This document shows positions 59,096 to 62,467 of a DNA stretch of 62,467 nt, one piece after another. Source of the stretch: an uncultured Candidatus Saccharibacteria bacterium (lineage in GTDB: Bacteria > Patescibacteriota > Minisyncoccia > Phycocordibacterales > UBA2100). The stretch spans positions 1 to 62,467 of the forward strand of contig CAYNQE010000002.1 in assembly GCA_964399345.1 (NCBI GenBank), in the 5' to 3' direction. The notes below the pieces were generated by a model. That model was not told where the DNA came from. It was given only the letters and a program-made list of their open reading frames with translations, and made no database searches. Made by a program: the position numbers and the translations under genes. Each line of letters starts with the position of its first letter. Position 1 is the first letter of the stretch.

Positions 59096-59677
59096 ATGAA
59101 ATACGAAGCACAAACTTTTAACGTTCCAGAAATGGAAGGAATATCCAAAGAGCAAATAGACATGCACCTTGGTCTATACAACGGATATGTAACACATATT
59201 AATGTCCTAAGAGATCAAATAGCATCTCTTGATTCTGAGAAAGATAAATTCGCAATCGAATCAGTTCGAAGACGAATGGGGTTTGAATTTAACGGAATGC
59301 GAATGCATGAATTCTATTTCCCACAATTTGAAGGTGGAGCAACAGATGAACCAAGAGAGACACCATTAGGAGAAGCACTTTCTGAAAAATACGGTTCCTG
59401 GGATGAATTCATTACACACTTTAAAAGTGTAGGGATGAGTAGGGGTAGCGGTTGGACCGTACTTTCATGGGACAAGAAAGTAAACACTCCTCACGTTACA
59501 TGGACGACTGATCACGAACTAGGGACTCTTGCTGATGTTGAAGTGCTTCTTGCTATGGACATGTGGGAACACGCCTACATGGTTGACTATCTTCCAGCTG
59601 AAAAAGGAAAGCATGTTGAAGCGTTTCTAAAGAACCTTAATTGGAGCGTTATAACGGGTCGTTTTGACTCAATTTAA
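59096..59677 (+). CDS. sodA: Fe/Mn-family superoxide dismutase (divergent N-terminal half)
   Basis: 193 aa. C-terminal signature AMDMWEHAYMVDY. The other candidate metal ligands are in DMHLGLYNGYV and RMHEFYF. Confidence 0.75.
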   Translation: MKYEAQTFNVPEMEGISKEQIDMHLGLYNGYVTHINVLRDQIASLDSEKDKFAIESVRRRMGFEFNGMRMHEFYFPQFEGGATDEPRETPLGEALSEKYGSWDEFITHFKSVGMSRGSGWTVLSWDKKVNTPHVTWTTDHELGTLADVEVLLAMDMWEHAYMVDYLPAEKGKHVEAFLKNLNWSVITGRFDSI

Positions 59678-59761
59678 CCCCTTAAAACTGGGTGCCATTT
59701 TAGGGTGAGATAACTCTTGACATATATAGGGGGTTTGGTATTCGCGTCTCCATACTAATTA

Positions 59762-59792
59762 AACAGACAGCCCCTAAAAAGGCTGCCTGTTT
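59762..59792. terminator. Hairpin shared by convergent sod and comEC
   Basis: AACAGACAGCC-CCTAAAAA-GGCTGCCTGTT followed by TTT. It overlaps the comEC stop codon. Confidence 0.5.
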
Positions 59793-61177
59793 TCATTTGC
59801 CCACCACCACAGAAGCAAATACATAACTACAATATACAAAAAAGAAATTTCTGGAATTTTAACTGTTGCAAATGAGAGAGATGAAAACGATTCCACTATA
59901 AATATTACGTAGCGAAGAAGAATTTCAGAAAAATACGCAAAGACCATAGCTAACACTCCACTAAACATTCCAACAACCCCTGTTAAAAACACTCCGAGCA
60001 TCGCAAGAGGGATAATTGGGAGAGTAATTAGGTTAACAATTAGTGCAACTACCGAAACTTCCCCCATCATATATATAAGAAGAGGAAGAACTGCTATTTG
60101 AGTAGTGATTGATGCTGCTGTTAACTCCCTTAATGCAAACTTATCAGTTACAAACTCAAGATACGGCAATATTATCGGCGTACCAACTAGCAATCCAAGA
60201 GTAGCAACAAAGCTTAACTGGAATGAAGGATCAAATATCAATAAATAGGGGTTCCACAACAACATCAAGAATGCTGCTATAAACAACGCATGGAGTGCGT
60301 CGTAACTTCTTCCAACCATTACACCTAACGCTCCAATAGTTCCCATCAAGGCAGCTCGAACAACGGTAGAAGACGCCCCTACAAATATAGTGAAGAGTAC
60401 TACTACCAAAATGGAAGCGAGGGCCCTCCATTTTGGAGGTAGAAATATTAAAACAGCAGAAATTGCCATTACTATAATTGCTATGTTGTATCCTGAGAGA
60501 ACAACAATATGAATCAATCCAGTTCTACGGAAATCTTTAGTTAGCTCTTCTCCTAATGAGCGCTGTTCACCAACCGTGATTCCTCCGGCGAGTGCTGCGT
60601 ATGGTTCTCTAATGTTTTCTTTAAGCGAATTTAAATACCTACCCTTTAAAGAAAGAAGTGCTCCCACAAAAGTTTTCTCACTTGAAACTATTTCTATCTC
60701 AGGAAAAGGGCTAATTAAACTCACTCCGCTTTTTGCTAAATATCCACGATAGTTAAACACCCTCCCACCTTCCCCTTCAAAGTTTTCTACCGATTCTAAG
60801 TCTCCTGTAAAAATAACTTCATCCTGATAGGAAAACTTTTGATATGAATCTGCTCGAACCAAAATCTTTTCTTCTTCAACTAAAACAAATAGGTTCGTAT
60901 AGCTGCCACGAACATCTGGCTCACTAACTATGACACCAGTGTATGAATCACTACTTTTTAATACATCACCTATAGGAGATGCCATATGCATTCTTAGAAC
61001 TCCAAACGAAAAGGAGAGTACCACTATTAAAAATAGTATTTTGTTCTTTTTTATTAAAAGTGAAACTAAACTAAGGGTGAGTAATAAAAAAAGAAAACTC
61101 CATCCAAAATCATGGAAGGAGCGGAGTGCAATTCCCAAAGAAAGTGCTAACAAACTGATTAGCACATACCTTTGCAT
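59774..61177 (-). CDS. comEC: ComEC/Rec2 DNA-uptake channel (DUF4131-like + Competence domain) lacking the MBL domain
   Basis: 467 aa, polytopic, with an OB-like periplasmic insert after TM3 and the conserved GLIHIVVLSGYNIAI segment. Confidence 0.8.
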   Translation of the reverse strand: MQRYVLISLLALSLGIALRSFHDFGWSFLFLLLTLSLVSLLIKKNKILFLIVVLSFSFGVLRMHMASPIGDVLKSSDSYTGVIVSEPDVRGSYTNLFVLVEEEKILVRADSYQKFSYQDEVIFTGDLESVENFEGEGGRVFNYRGYLAKSGVSLISPFPEIEIVSSEKTFVGALLSLKGRYLNSLKENIREPYAALAGGITVGEQRSLGEELTKDFRRTGLIHIVVLSGYNIAIIVMAISAVLIFLPPKWRALASILVVVLFTIFVGASSTVVRAALMGTIGALGVMVGRSYDALHALFIAAFLMLLWNPYLLIFDPSFQLSFVATLGLLVGTPIILPYLEFVTDKFALRELTAASITTQIAVLPLLIYMMGEVSVVALIVNLITLPIIPLAMLGVFLTGVVGMFSGVLAMVFAYFSEILLRYVIFIVESFSSLSFATVKIPEISFLYIVVMYLLLWWWANENRQPF

Positions 61178-61179
61178 AT

Positions 61180-61584
61180 TTATCTATTATCTATCGCTTC
61201 ATTTGCAAGTCTGTCCGCGTATGTATTTTTCTCTCGAGGAACGTGAACGTAAATAACGCTTTCAAAATCTTTTAAAATTTCCGTAACTTTTCTGTGCTGC
61301 TCTCGTATAGTATCTGATTTAATCTTCCAGTTTCCACTGAGTTGCTCTGCAACTAACTTACTATCTAAACGAATCTCTATTTCTCTATCCATAAGGTTTA
61401 ACTCATGTGCTTTTTCTAAAACTTGGGCTACAGCTTCGTATTCCGCCCAGTTATTAGTCTGTTCACCAAGGAAATTTCGTAATTCCGCCAAGACTTTTTC
61501 TCCATCAAAAATAACCGCACCAACTGCGGCTAATCCCGGGTTCCCACGGGATGCTCCATCTGTATAAATTATTATTTTTTCCAT
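61180..61584 (-). CDS. rnhA: Ribonuclease HI
   Basis: 134 aa. IIIYTDGASRGNPGLAAVGAVI, NNWAEYEAV, NTYADRLAN (DEDD residues in context). Confidence 0.88.
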   Translation of the reverse strand: MEKIIIYTDGASRGNPGLAAVGAVIFDGEKVLAELRNFLGEQTNNWAEYEAVAQVLEKAHELNLMDREIEIRLDSKLVAEQLSGNWKIKSDTIREQHRKVTEILKDFESVIYVHVPREKNTYADRLANEAIDNR

Positions 61585-62467
61585 TACTCTCCTGCCCCAA
61601 GGTCTAATCCAAACTCACAATAGAACCCGTCAATATCTTCTATCGCTTCAAAGGTTGTGCAGATCTCATAGTCTACACCTCCTGCTAGCATTGTATAGGC
61701 ATAATGTTCTTTCGTACTTGGATCCTTTGGCAAAGAGCTGATATATCCTGGTGTTAAATCTCTCTGATTCTCAGGATAAAATCCTTTATCATCAAAATAT
61801 ACTGAAGCTGCTGCTTTTATCTCTTTTAGATGAGTAACCCTCTGTATATCTCTGCCCTCAGCGCTTCCCCTCTCTGAAGTCCCACCAAACGCAAGAACAA
61901 GTAATGTGGCAAAGACAAATAGAAGAGCGATTGTAACTGATGCAAACATTTTTGAAGGTGCGCCAAGTTCTATTCCTTTCTCCTTCTGAGGATTAAGCAA
62001 CCATCTATATACATGAACGGTAGCAAGCCCTGAAACTGGAATAGTTACCAAGAGACCTACCCCAAAAGCAAGGGCTCCGAGTATGTTTACAAAAAAGATT
62101 AACAATCCGAAGATAAGAAGATTCCACCTGTGTCCGTTGGTTATATTTAAACTCTCTTTCATAGCCTCCACCGGCCCCATGTCACGATCTATAACTAAAT
62201 ATGCTGCAAATGAAAGCCCTATAATTGCAATAATTCCTGGAATAATAAACAAAGCAAAACCAATTATTACAACAATCAAAATTAGAATTGTCATTACAAG
62301 ATAATTGAAAAACAAGTGAAATGGTTCAAACAAATCTGTGTAATCGGTGTCCACTTCGTCGTACACCCTTAGAAGTATTAGTGTCATTCCCATACCAAGA
62401 ACAATTTGTACTGCAAAATCAAATAGATTTACAATGGAAGAGTCTGGTAGTAGTGGGAGTACTTTTA
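61584..62467 (-). CDS. Polytopic membrane protein fused to a C-terminal pilin-like globular domain; the 5' end may lie beyond the window
   Basis: The track ORF starts at 62393, but the frame stays open to the window edge (...KVLPLLPDSSIVNLFDFAVQIVLG-MGM...). There are 4-5 TM helices, followed by DIQRVTHLKEIKAAASVYFDDKGFYPENQRDLTPGYISSLPKDPSTKEHYAYT, which resembles the post-helix region of type IV pilin or pseudopilin proteins. Confidence 0.6.
   Translation of the reverse strand, partial: KVLPLLPDSSIVNLFDFAVQIVLGMGMTLILLRVYDEVDTDYTDLFEPFHLFFNYLVMTILILIVVIIGFALFIIPGIIAIIGLSFAAYLVIDRDMGPVEAMKESLNITNGHRWNLLIFGLLIFFVNILGALAFGVGLLVTIPVSGLATVHVYRWLLNPQKEKGIELGAPSKMFASVTIALLFVFATLLVLAFGGTSERGSAEGRDIQRVTHLKEIKAAASVYFDDKGFYPENQRDLTPGYISSLPKDPSTKEHYAYTMLAGGVDYEICTTFEAIEDIDGFYCEFGLDLGAGE

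Overview
Best read as a 62.5-kb AT-rich chromosomal segment from a small-genome, Candidate Phyla Radiation / Patescibacteria-like bacterium. That lineage call is an inference from four things: no L30 gene between rpsE and rplO, type-Z S14, pilin-like motifs, and compact gene packing. No database search was possible, so every family call rests on motifs I could read in the supplied translations or in my own hand translations.

Left part (1-31 kb):
- A type IV pilus assembly cluster: pilM, PilN-, PilO- and PilP-like genes, pilB and a CheY-like regulator.
- comF, a NUDIX hydrolase, tRNA-Ser(GCU) and recG.
- Two secreted PKD/Kazal/Cys-module proteins.
- A tRNA with anticodon UAU, then ftsH, smpB and tmRNA.
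- An ECF sigma factor with a putative anti-sigma partner.
- A FIST / histidine kinase / response regulator / STAS-like operon.
- A LOG-family protein, a RelE/RHH toxin-antitoxin (TA) pair and an AI-2E transporter.
- infC-rpmI-rplT, a VanY-like peptidase, a beta-CASP RNase and ndk.
- A 908-aa soluble VirD4/TraD-like ATPase.

Right part (30-56 kb, minus strand): the universal rpsL-rpsG-fusA-tuf-S10-spc-secY-adk-map array. Gene order is canonical, but the array is interrupted at six junctions by accessory cassettes:
- a frameshifted CREST-type membrane gene plus Phd/MazF;
- two paralogous Cys-rich secreted proteins flanking lnt, one carrying a Hint/intein-like domain;
- a G+C-richer secreted ORF;
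- an opposite-strand 91-aa ORF;
- a TA islet with an AbiEii-like nucleotidyltransferase, dinJ and a decayed yafQ;
- a small membrane ORF plus a frameshifted zinc-ribbon ORF, and gmk.

I could read promoters, leader hairpins or terminators directly at several of the junctions.

The window ends with an M50 protease, rpmB, a split ComEC (membrane channel and MBL domain as separate genes with sod between them), rnhA, and a polytopic membrane protein fused to a pilin-like globular domain.

Most interesting observations:
- the Hint-domain protein next to a paralogue lacking the Hint domain;
- the heavily mosaic ribosomal array;
- a recurrent -10 hexamer 6-8 nt upstream of start codons, implying leaderless mRNAs, set against Shine-Dalgarno-bearing orphan minigenes;
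- terminator-like hairpins abutting start codons;
- a Gmk homologue lacking the P-loop lysine;
- a genomically encoded UAU anticodon.

No CRISPR array, rRNA, transposase or integrase was seen.
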